The notes: a model not told the origin generated them from the letters alone. Positions 6,252-13,370 are shown, counted from the stretch's first letter. The stretch: DNA of 13,370 nt from Candidatus Fraserbacteria bacterium (GCA_037442925.1 JBBIPG010000062.1:1-13370), one strand, 5' to 3'. Numbers and translations: made by a program.

Positions 6252-7391
6252 ATGACCCCCCGAGAGCCGGTCATTGTCGAGGCCGTGCGCACACCTATTG
6301 GCAAGAAAGAAGGTGCCTTTAGAGGCACCCGTCCGGACGATCTCGGGGTGATTGCCGTCAAAGCCCTGCTCGAACGCACGCGGATAGACCCTCATCTCAT
6401 CGAAGATGTAGTCGCTGGCTGCGTCACCCAACGTGGCGAGCAGGGCGGAAATATCGCACGTCTCATTGCACTCACGGCAGGCCTGCCAGTCACCGTCACA
6501 GGCACCTCCGTCAATCGCATGTGCGGCTCGGGCCAGCAAGCAGTCAATTTCGCAGCTCAAGAGATTCTGGCCGGAGTAGCTGACGTTGCGATCGGTGGAG
6601 GCGTGGAGAGCATGACCCGCGAACCGATGGGCTCCGACATCGACAAGCCGCTCAATCCTAAGCTACAGAATGCCTATGAGATCGTCTGGCAGGGAGAGTC
6701 TGCCGAACGCATTGCAGATAAATGGGACATCTCGCGCCGCGAGTTGGACGAGTTCTCACTGGAGAGCCATCGCAAGGCTGCCCGTGCCCAAGACGAGGGT
6801 CGCTTCGATAAACAGATCGTGCCTGTGCAAGTCAATGGAAATCTCATCACGCGAGACGAGGGCGTGCGCAGAAACACAAGCCTAGAAAAGATGGCCACGC
6901 TCGTACCGGCCTTCCGGCCCGATGGCAAGATCACAGCGGGCAATTCCAGCCAGATCAGCGACGGGGCCTCCATGGTGCTCATCACCACACGCGCCAAGGC
7001 GAAAGAGCTGGGCCTGAAGCCCCGCGCGCGCTTCGTGAGCTGGGCCGTGGCCGGAGTAGACCCCACCATCATGCTGACAGGGCCCATCCCCGCCACTCAG
7101 AAAGTGTTGGCAAAGGCAGGGCTCTCATTACGAGACATTGATCTCATCGAGATCAATGAGGCCTTCGCATCCGTGCCCATTGCCTGGGGCCGCGAGCTGG
7201 ATGTCGACTGGGAGAAGGTGAACGTGAACGGAGGAGCCATCGCCCATGGACACCCTCTAGGGGCCACGGGAGCCATCCTCATCACGAAAATTCTCTACGA
7301 GCTGGAGCGCACCGACGGACAATATGGGCTTGTGACCATGTGTATTGGCTTCGGCCAGGGGATTGCGACGATCATCGAGCGACTCGACTAG
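6252..7391 (+). CDS. acetyl-CoA C-acyltransferase (thiolase)
   Basis: NRMCGSG (nucleophilic Cys), NEAFA, GGAIAHGHPLGATG and TMCIGFGQG motifs. Confidence 0.97.
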   Translation: MTPREPVIVEAVRTPIGKKEGAFRGTRPDDLGVIAVKALLERTRIDPHLIEDVVAGCVTQRGEQGGNIARLIALTAGLPVTVTGTSVNRMCGSGQQAVNFAAQEILAGVADVAIGGGVESMTREPMGSDIDKPLNPKLQNAYEIVWQGESAERIADKWDISRRELDEFSLESHRKAARAQDEGRFDKQIVPVQVNGNLITRDEGVRRNTSLEKMATLVPAFRPDGKITAGNSSQISDGASMVLITTRAKAKELGLKPRARFVSWAVAGVDPTIMLTGPIPATQKVLAKAGLSLRDIDLIEINEAFASVPIAWGRELDVDWEKVNVNGGAIAHGHPLGATGAILITKILYELERTDGQYGLVTMCIGFGQGIATIIERLD

Positions 7392-7846
7392 ACCGCTACC
7401 GTGTGTTGGATCTCGTACTTGACAGTTCCCCTCACAGCGCGGGAGATGATGCAGCGTTGCTCGGCCAGTTGCACGGCGCGGGCGATCGCTTCGTCATGCT
7501 TGTCTGCATCTCCCTCCAACTCAAAGTGGGGATAGAGGGTAATCTCACGGAAGTGGTGGCCGTCATGTTGATCCGACGTAACTTTTCCCTCCGCAGTACA
7601 CGTAAGATTCTTCACGGGCAGTCTCATCTTTTCCGCAATCATGGCGAGCGTCACGAGATAACACGCACAAGCAGAAGAGAGGAAGATCTCCTCCGGATTG
7701 GTCCGGGCGCCACCGGGTCCGCCGAAGCTCGTAGGGACCGCAAAATCCGTCGTAAATGTGCCCTTCTCGTTCTGGATCGTCCCTCGACCGTGTAGATCCC
7801 CGGCCCAGCTTCCGCGAACCCGATAGATGTGCTCTTTGGTCTCCAT
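7388..7846 (-). CDS. OsmC/Ohr-family protein
   Basis: FGGPG...TNPEE....ACACY and a second Cys in AEQRCIISRAV. SD AGAGGAGG. 4-bp CTAG overlap of stop codons with the thiolase. Confidence 0.9.
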   Translation of the reverse strand: METKEHIYRVRGSWAGDLHGRGTIQNEKGTFTTDFAVPTSFGGPGGARTNPEEIFLSSACACYLVTLAMIAEKMRLPVKNLTCTAEGKVTSDQHDGHHFREITLYPHFELEGDADKHDEAIARAVQLAEQRCIISRAVRGTVKYEIQHTVAV

Positions 7847-7945
7847 GGTGTCCCTCCTCTTTCCATGAGAGTGTAGAATGGTTTGCCCAGTCTAGCCGAT
7901 GACGGATGCAGGAACAAGTGAGCGTACGGATTCACGTTGCTCATC

Positions 7946-7974
7946 TTGGATTGAAGGGCGCTCTCGATTATACT
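7946..7974 (+). promoter_or_regulatory. candidate sigma70 promoter for the LeuA-like/thiolase operon
   Basis: TTGGAT(7946-7951)-N17-TATACT(7969-7974), then GGAG and ATG 7988. Confidence 0.45.
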
Positions 7975-7987
7975 TTTGGAGAAGATC

Positions 7988-9220
7988 ATGGTCAAGACCT
8001 TTGAAACTCATGAGCTGATCCATGACTGGAACAAGGTCAATGCGCCTTCGGCCCTCTCCAAGATCGAGCTTAACGACGAGACCCTGCGTGACGGTCTCCA
8101 ATCGCCCTCGATCACCGATCCACCGTTAGAAAAGAAGATCGAAGCGTTGCACTACATGGCACAACTCGGCATCCCCAATGCCAACATCGGCATGCCCTGT
8201 GCGAGCTCCCTCATCAAAGAGAACACCCTACAGCTTGCGAAAGTCATCGCCAAAGAGAAGCTATCAATCCACCCCAACTGCGCTGCCCGCACGGTGGTGA
8301 GCGACATCCAAGCCATTGTGGATCTCTCGCAGGCGGCCGGCATCGCCATAGAAGCCTCCGCTTTCATCGGAAGCAGCCCGATTCGCAAGCTGGCTGAGGG
8401 TTGGGACCTCGACCGAATGCTGCGTAGCACGGAAGAGGCCGTCACGTTTGCCGTGAAGCACCACTTGCCCGTTATGTACGTGACGGAAGATACGACGCGC
8501 GCCCAGCCGGAGGTGCTCAAGAAACTCTATGGGACGGCCATCCGCTGTGGTGCCTATCGCCTATGCATCGCGGATACAGTCGGACATTGCACTCCCCATG
8601 GCGTCCGCAATCTAGTTCAATTCTTCAAGAAAGAGATCGTTGGGAATAAGAAGGGCTTACAGATTGACTGGCATGGACACAATGATCGTGGGTTGGCCGT
8701 GGCCAATAGTCTTGCGGCTCTCGAAGCCGGTGCCGATTGTGTGCACGGGACCATTTTGGGCATCGGGGAGCGCGTGGGGAATACGTCTCTCGACCAGTTG
8801 CTCGTCAATTTGAAGTTGTTCGGCTGGCTGGATCAAGATCTTAGTGTATTGCCTCAATACTGCCAGCTCGTGCATGAGTTCTGCCATGCTCCTCTGCCGT
8901 TCAACTATCCCGTCATGGGGCGGGACGCCTTCCGGACATCGACCGGCGTGCACGCCGCGGCCATCATCAAGGCCAAAGAGAAGGGAGATGAGTATCTGGC
9001 CAACCGCGTCTATTCTGCAGTGCCGGCGGATCTATTCGGACGGCAACAAGAGATCGACATCGGGCCGATGAGCGGCCAATCGAACATCGTCCATTGGCTC
9101 CAAGTAAGAGGAATCGACCCCAACCCCCAGTTGGTAGAGAGACTGCTCCAGAAAGCGAAATGTTCTACAAAAGTCCTCAGCGAACAGGAGATACTTCAGA
9201 TCATTCAGGGGAGAGGATGA
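7988..9220 (+). CDS. LeuA-family DRE-TIM acyltransferase (2-isopropylmalate/homocitrate/citramalate synthase-like) without C-terminal regulatory domain
   Basis: DETLRDGLQ, ADTVG, HGHNDRGLAVANSLAA, GIGERVGN, GVHAAAI and GPMSG motifs. About 410 aa, ending after subdomain II. Confidence 0.9.
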   Translation: MVKTFETHELIHDWNKVNAPSALSKIELNDETLRDGLQSPSITDPPLEKKIEALHYMAQLGIPNANIGMPCASSLIKENTLQLAKVIAKEKLSIHPNCAARTVVSDIQAIVDLSQAAGIAIEASAFIGSSPIRKLAEGWDLDRMLRSTEEAVTFAVKHHLPVMYVTEDTTRAQPEVLKKLYGTAIRCGAYRLCIADTVGHCTPHGVRNLVQFFKKEIVGNKKGLQIDWHGHNDRGLAVANSLAALEAGADCVHGTILGIGERVGNTSLDQLLVNLKLFGWLDQDLSVLPQYCQLVHEFCHAPLPFNYPVMGRDAFRTSTGVHAAAIIKAKEKGDEYLANRVYSAVPADLFGRQQEIDIGPMSGQSNIVHWLQVRGIDPNPQLVERLLQKAKCSTKVLSEQEILQIIQGRG

Positions 9221-10416
9221 GTTCCATGGCGAACAGAGAAGCGGTCATCGTGACGGGAGTACGCACGGCCTTTGGGAGATTCATGGGAGCCTTTTCCAAT
9301 GTCTCAGCGATAGAGCTGGCAGCACATGTGACGAAGGGCGCGCTCGAACGAGCCCATGCATCTCCAGACCAGGTCGAACATGTGATTTTCGGCAATGCCC
9401 TGCAAACGTCGCCGGACGCGATCTTCTTCGCACGCCATGCTGGGCTACGCGCGGGCCTTCCCATCCATGTTCCCGCCGTCACAGTGAATCGCTTGTGTGG
9501 ATCGGGTTTAGAGGCCATCACCCAAGCTGCGCGCATGGTTCAGACGGGTGAGGCGGATCTCATTGTAGCGGGCGGTGCGGAGAACATGACCCAAGCGCCG
9601 TTTGTAATCCGTGGGGCTCGTCAAGGTCTGCGGCTGGGTTCCGCCAAGCTCGAAGACTATCTATGGGAAGCGCTGTATGATTCGTATGGCGGATGCACCA
9701 TGGCGGGCACGGCCAACAACCTGGCTCAGAAGTATGGGATCTCGCGGGAAGAGCAAGACGAATTTGCCCTACGCAGTCACGAGCGAGCCGTTCGTGCTAT
9801 AGAGAACGGCCGTTTCCGCGACGAAATCCTCCCCTTGGAAGCGAAAGTGAAAGGGCAGAAAGTCCGGATCGATACCGACGAGCACCCGCGTAAAGACACC
9901 ACGATGGACATGCTCGCCGGTCTCCCCTTGGCACCATTTGAGGGCAATCAATTTGTGACGGCTGGCAATGCTTCGGGGATCAATGATGGCGCGGCGGCTG
10001 TGATCCTGGCCAGCCGTGAGAAAGCGAAAGAGTTGGGAGTGAGCCCATTGGGAAGAGTTGTGAGCTGGGCGACGGCGGGCGTCGAACCCAAGTACATGGG
10101 CATTGGACCAGTCCCTGCCTCGCAAGCGGCCATCTCTCAGGCCGGACTGACTCTGGAAGACATCGATCTCATTGAAATCAACGAGGCGTTTGCCGCGCAG
10201 TATCTGGCTGTGGAACGCGAGCTGGCACTCGACCGTGAGAAGGTCAACGTGAACGGTGGAGCCATTGCGTTGGGGCACCCGCTGGGAGCCAGCGGTGCAC
10301 GGTTGACTCTCACGCTCCTCATGGAGCTGCGAAAGCAGAAGAAGCAGTTCGGATTGGCGTCGCTCTGCATTGGCGGAGGCCAGGGCATTGCCGCGGTCTT
10401 TGAATCGCTGCCGTAG
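9217..10416 (+). CDS. acetyl-CoA C-acetyl/acyltransferase (thiolase), second copy
   Basis: [29 protein letters not shown] and SLCIGGGQG motifs. Start at ATG 9217 (ATGA overlap with the upstream stop) or ATG 9226; the ORF-track start at 9094 is an over-extension. Confidence 0.97.
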   Translation: MSSMANREAVIVTGVRTAFGRFMGAFSNVSAIELAAHVTKGALERAHASPDQVEHVIFGNALQTSPDAIFFARHAGLRAGLPIHVPAVTVNRLCGSGLEAITQAARMVQTGEADLIVAGGAENMTQAPFVIRGARQGLRLGSAKLEDYLWEALYDSYGGCTMAGTANNLAQKYGISREEQDEFALRSHERAVRAIENGRFRDEILPLEAKVKGQKVRIDTDEHPRKDTTMDMLAGLPLAPFEGNQFVTAGNASGINDGAAAVILASREKAKELGVSPLGRVVSWATAGVEPKYMGIGPVPASQAAISQAGLTLEDIDLIEINEAFAAQYLAVERELALDREKVNVNGGAIALGHPLGASGARLTLTLLMELRKQKKQFGLASLCIGGGQGIAAVFESLP

Positions 10417-10428
10417 GTGCCATCAGCT

Positions 10429-10626
10429 ATGGGACTATGGCTCTTAGGGCTCGTTGTGCTCTTGGTCGTCAGCTGGTGGATCGGCTGGCGAGTCTACTGG
10501 CATCTGTGGCTGCGGCAGCGGGCTCTAGCGAAAGAGTGCATTCATTGTGGGAGGTTCTACAAAGGTGATCCCACGTATTGTCCTCACTGTGGCGAGGTCG
10601 TAGCCCAATGGTCCAATCGCCGATGA
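10429..10626 (+). CDS. small single-TM zinc-ribbon protein
   Basis: Trp-rich N-terminal TM followed by CIHCG-x9-CPHCG. Start at ATG 10429 or GTG 10417. Confidence 0.75.
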   Translation: MGLWLLGLVVLLVVSWWIGWRVYWHLWLRQRALAKECIHCGRFYKGDPTYCPHCGEVVAQWSNRR

Positions 10627-10663
10627 GGAAGCAGCGTACCCCAGAGGAGGACGCCCTCTGGAG

Positions 10664-11092
10664 ATGATGAGGCAACTGCTCATGAACTTTGAAAGCCTTA
10701 AGCAGATCATCCGATTCGAGGTCTCTCGATTCCCGTTTGTGCCGGAAGGGCGTCAGAAGTCGTTGCGCCGCGCCTATCGGGCGCTGGAGGCCGTCCTTCG
10801 CGATTCCGCACGAGGACTGGAGTTCAACTGGGGAGAGGCAAAATTTCTGCCCTCACGCATCTTGAGTGCGCGGCTCGATGACATCGTACAGGGCATCCGA
10901 GGTGTGTGCGCCGAGTACGGCAGCATCATCTCGCCGGAGATGCGGAACGGCTTGGAAAATCTCTGTGAAAACCTGCGCAAGCTCAAGGAAGCTGTGGGTA
11001 CTTCCGCACAAGAGGCCAGCCCGTCTGTCAAAGAGCTTGTCAGCGGGTTGGAAGAGCTGAAGAAGGCATTGGGCACGGTGCATCGGATGTAG
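10664..11092 (+). CDS. hypothetical alpha-helical protein (142 aa)
   Basis: Fills the gap in a co-directional gene run and has an amphipathic helical pattern. No recognised motif; start uncertain. Confidence 0.6.
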   Translation: MMRQLLMNFESLKQIIRFEVSRFPFVPEGRQKSLRRAYRALEAVLRDSARGLEFNWGEAKFLPSRILSARLDDIVQGIRGVCAEYGSIISPEMRNGLENLCENLRKLKEAVGTSAQEASPSVKELVSGLEELKKALGTVHRM

Positions 11093-11166
11093 GCTACACC
11101 GATGAGATCGGTAAACGTGCGCCGGTTCGCCTCATCTGAACCTGTAGGAGTGTGAGCATTACAGTC

Positions 11167-11718
11167 ATGCAACAACACCGCGAAACAGCCGTCTTCGGCG
11201 GAGGCTGCTTCTGGTGCCTGGAAGCCGTCTTCCAGCAGATCAAAGGAATCCTCTCTGTCACCTCCGGATATGCCGGAGGCACGATGGAGAATCCCAATTA
11301 TCGCGTTGTGTGTGAGGGAGACACGGGTCATGCGGAAGTGGTTCGGATTGAATTTGACTCAAGCGTGATCTCCTATCGTGAGCTACTGGAAATCTTCTTC
11401 TCTTCGCATGATCCGACGACCCCCAACCGCCAAGGCAACGATGTGGGAGAGCAGTATCGCTCGATCATCTTGTACACAAGCGAGGCGCAAAAGAAGATAG
11501 CCGAAGCGTACATCCAAGAGTTGACCGTCATGGGAGTCTTCCCAAACAAGATTGTGACTCAAGTGCAGCCGTTGGGGAAATTCTACGAGGCCGAAGCCTA
11601 TCATCAAGACTACTACAACAAGAACCCGGATCAACCCTACTGCCAAGTGGTCATCCATCCCAAGCTGGCGAAGCTACGCAGCAGACATAGTAAGCTTCTG
11701 AAGGCTCCGCGGCGGTGA
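11167..11718 (+). CDS. msrA: peptide-methionine (S)-S-oxide reductase MsrA
   Basis: GGCFWC catalytic motif, SGYAGG, TGHAEVV, HDPTT.NRQGND.G.QYRS and AE.YHQ.YY...YC. Start at ATG 11167 or GTG 11152. Confidence 0.97.
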   Translation: MQQHRETAVFGGGCFWCLEAVFQQIKGILSVTSGYAGGTMENPNYRVVCEGDTGHAEVVRIEFDSSVISYRELLEIFFSSHDPTTPNRQGNDVGEQYRSIILYTSEAQKKIAEAYIQELTVMGVFPNKIVTQVQPLGKFYEAEAYHQDYYNKNPDQPYCQVVIHPKLAKLRSRHSKLLKAPRR

Positions 11719-12115
11719 ACCGAAATTCCATCGGCTGGCTGCGATGACCCTGTGCGTCGATCAAAGTCACTCGGAGCGCAACCTCCTGAGGAATGACGGT
11801 GAAGACGCTAAACTCAAACGTTCCATCCGTAACACCTTGCATTCCAGGATCAAAGGCAAACGGGGTGAATGCCAGAGCTTCCACCACTTCGAACTCGGCT
11901 TGGACGACGTCGCCATCCAAATCGCGAAAGCGCACATGACCCGTGACGCTACTGCCATCTGCCGTGATCTCCTTTGGAAACTCGACCTGCAAGATCTCGG
12001 GTGTACTGGCCCTGGGAGCCTTGTCCGAGCCTGTACGAGACATCAGGAGACCGACCCCTAGGAGAGCTACGACCACCCCCAGCACGACCAGCAGCCATGT
12101 GGGTATACTGTTCAT
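11651..12115 (-). CDS. membrane-anchored/exported beta-rich (Ig-like) hypothetical protein
   Basis: Perfect SD GGAGGTGA, N-terminal TM, and alternating beta pattern (F.D.DGD; V.LRVTLID..G..S.P..F.F). Overlaps the msrA 3' end by 68 bp. Confidence 0.75.
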   Translation of the reverse strand: MNSIPTWLLVVLGVVVALLGVGLLMSRTGSDKAPRASTPEILQVEFPKEITADGSSVTGHVRFRDLDGDVVQAEFEVVEALAFTPFAFDPGMQGVTDGTFEFSVFTVIPQEVALRVTLIDAQGHRSQPMEFRFTAAEPSEAYYVCCVASPAWDG

Positions 12116-12134
12116 AAGTCACCTCCACACACAT

Positions 12135-12189
12135 ATATTAATAGAAGCATGTGACTCGTGTATGACGAACTTATGACAAACTCATGACA
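12135..12189 (-). promoter_or_regulatory. four 11-bp direct repeats (Pho-box-like, OmpR/PhoB-family site) plus -10 box, leftward promoter
   Basis: TGAC at 12152, 12163, 12174 and 12185 (minus strand GTCAT, GTCAT, GTCAT, GTCAC). TAATAT lies exactly 10 nt after the last repeat. Confidence 0.75.
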
Positions 12190-12224
12190 TCTCCCATTCG
12201 GGTCCATCGTTAACCCTTTCGGAA

Positions 12225-12278
12225 GTCATCACTTTGTCACAAGTTTGACATAACGAGTTCATATTCGCCCCTTAGCTT
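12225..12278 (+). promoter_or_regulatory. four 11-bp direct repeats (Pho-box-like) plus -10 box, rightward promoter
   Basis: GTCAT 12225, GTCAC 12236, GACAT 12247, TTCAT 12258. TAGCTT (12273-12278) lies exactly 10 nt after the last repeat. Confidence 0.7.
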
Positions 12279-12310
12279 AGGGGCATTCGCAAGGGAAAGG
12301 AGAATTCGTC

Positions 12311-13228
12311 ATGAATGGAAAGTTTCGCAGCATACTCGGTGTCGTGTTAGCAGTGCTGTTGCTCGCAGGATGGACCAGTGGAGTATCCCAACCGCAACAT
12401 GCTCCAGGAGGTCCTGGAGGTGCACGTCAGGCCTTCGAGTCATTCTTCCGAGCGATGCTTGCAGGTGATCTGGCGCTGCTCATCAACGGCGCAGCGCTGA
12501 GCGGAACAGTTCAAGGAGACCAGTTCACATTCAACGTGAGCCCATCAGGCCAGTCGAGGACGCTCAACCGCAGTGAGATTGCTCTTATTAACTTCGGCGA
12601 GCAGAGCGATCAACTGGTGCTCACAAGCGGAGATACACTGACGGGTAGAGCGCAAATCGATCCACTCGCCCTTACACTGCCAACTGGCGCTGAGGTAACC
12701 ATCCCCAAATCGGAGACGAGGCTGACAATCTTCAAGCTCAACCTGCCCACGCCAACTGGAGGTCCACCGAGCGAGGCCGACCGAATGGCAATGTTCAGAA
12801 TCATGCACGGATTGCAGTCGCAGAACCTCTTCGCGCTCTTCGTCAAGGCCTTGACCACCTACGATCTGGCAGTCTTCTCCAATCAGCAGGTCTGGAGCGG
12901 GGCTATCCTGAATCAACAATTCGTCTTTCATACCACGCTCTTTGGAACCGTGACCCTAAAGGCCAGCGATGTGACGAGCATTGAGCTGACCACCGATACG
13001 AGCACCGGCAGAGACTTCATATCGCTTAAGACAGGGGATCGGATCTCCGGAGAGCTAGATGAGGATAGCAGCATTCAGTTTCAGCCGGTTGGCCTAAAGG
13101 ACGACCAAGGCCAGCCAGTTACCCTCACCTTGAAGCGCGGTGAGGTATCACGGGTCAGCTTCCGCCTGCCGGCCAGCGCGTTTGGTGGCGGCCAGGGTCC
13201 CGGCTTCGGCGGAGGACCGGGAAGATAG
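12311..13228 (+). CDS. secreted hypothetical protein with internal duplication and Gly/Pro-rich termini
   Basis: SD AAGGAG and a Sec-type signal peptide. Four D-x-x-x-L-x-x-G-x-x-[LI]-[ST]-G-like units are arranged as two homologous halves. Confidence 0.8.
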   Translation: MNGKFRSILGVVLAVLLLAGWTSGVSQPQHAPGGPGGARQAFESFFRAMLAGDLALLINGAALSGTVQGDQFTFNVSPSGQSRTLNRSEIALINFGEQSDQLVLTSGDTLTGRAQIDPLALTLPTGAEVTIPKSETRLTIFKLNLPTPTGGPPSEADRMAMFRIMHGLQSQNLFALFVKALTTYDLAVFSNQQVWSGAILNQQFVFHTTLFGTVTLKASDVTSIELTTDTSTGRDFISLKTGDRISGELDEDSSIQFQPVGLKDDQGQPVTLTLKRGEVSRVSFRLPASAFGGGQGPGFGGGPGR

Positions 13229-13251
13229 CTCCCTTCCCTTTGGAAAGGTAG

Positions 13252-13370
13252 CATGAAAATGGTTGTGCACCGCAGTAGAAGAGGAGCCACAATCTCGGAC
13301 GGAGGTGCACGATCATGCTGTATGTCGGAGTCGATCATCACAAGCGGTACTGTCAACTGGCCGTCGTGGA
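13252..13370 (+). mobile_element. IS110-family (IS1111-like) insertion sequence, left end (partial; boundary approximate)
   Basis: Transposase N-terminus at 13315. The short left end CATGAAA-ATGGTTGTGCACC resembles the 'nATGAn-ATGG...' sub-terminal IR start of IS1111/IS4321-type elements. Confidence 0.75.
13315..13370 (+). CDS. IS110-family transposase/recombinase, N-terminal 18 aa (truncated by window end)
   Basis: Manual translation MLYVGVDHHKRYCQLAVV(D/E) matches the 'Y.G.D.HK' first catalytic Asp motif of the DEDD RuvC-like domain. SD GGAGGT at 13301-13306. Confidence 0.8.
   Translation, partial: MLYVGVDHHKRYCQLAVV

Noticed and set aside
7141..7270. DNA similarity to 10166-10290
   Set aside because: Explained by conserved thiolase motifs ([20 protein letters not shown]) in two paralogues; not a repeat element.
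9094..9216. N-terminal extension of the second thiolase in the ORF track
   Set aside because: Overlaps the LeuA-like gene by more than 120 nt; thiolase homology begins at MANREAVIV.
10774..11331. 185-aa minus-strand ORF
   Set aside because: Overlaps msrA and the 142-aa gene on the opposite strand; low-information Ser/Arg-rich sequence.
12151..12262. CRISPR array or iteron interpretation of the short repeats
   Set aside because: The period is 11 bp with 5-bp cores, there are no unique 30-40 bp spacers, and no cas or rep gene is present. The geometry fits transcription-factor sites.
1..13370. Composite transposon spanning the window
   Set aside because: The flanking elements belong to different families (IS256 and IS110) with different mechanisms, and the cargo looks mostly chromosomal.

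Overview
Bacterial DNA, probably a whole contig, bounded by two partial insertion sequences: the 3' end of an IS256-family element (1-121) and the 5' end of an IS110-family element with an IS1111-like left end (~13252-13370). In order, it contains: (i) an AT-richer, convergent Type II restriction-modification pair (XcyI-like PD-(D/E)xK endonuclease and an N4-cytosine-type TSPPY methyltransferase) with strong sigma70 promoters upstream of the methyltransferase; (ii) two uncharacterised membrane genes behind a degenerate AGNT tetramer tract; (iii) an acyl-CoA metabolism cluster with an archaeal-order 3-hydroxyacyl-CoA dehydrogenase/enoyl-CoA hydratase fusion, an MTH865-like protein, two thiolases, an OsmC-family protein and a LeuA-family synthase lacking the regulatory domain; (iv) small hypothetical genes and msrA; (v) two divergent envelope-protein genes controlled by a mirror-symmetric pair of 4 x 11-bp Pho-box-like repeat arrays. 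Sigma70 promoters together with archaeal-type genes and the envelope protein style suggest a deep-branching bacterium such as Bipolaricaulota/Acetothermia (inference only). All family assignments come from motif recognition, not database searches. No clearly new multi-gene system is proven. The best leads are the symmetric 11-bp repeat regulatory module, the R-M regulatory architecture, the LeuA-like/thiolase coupling and the IS1111-like end.
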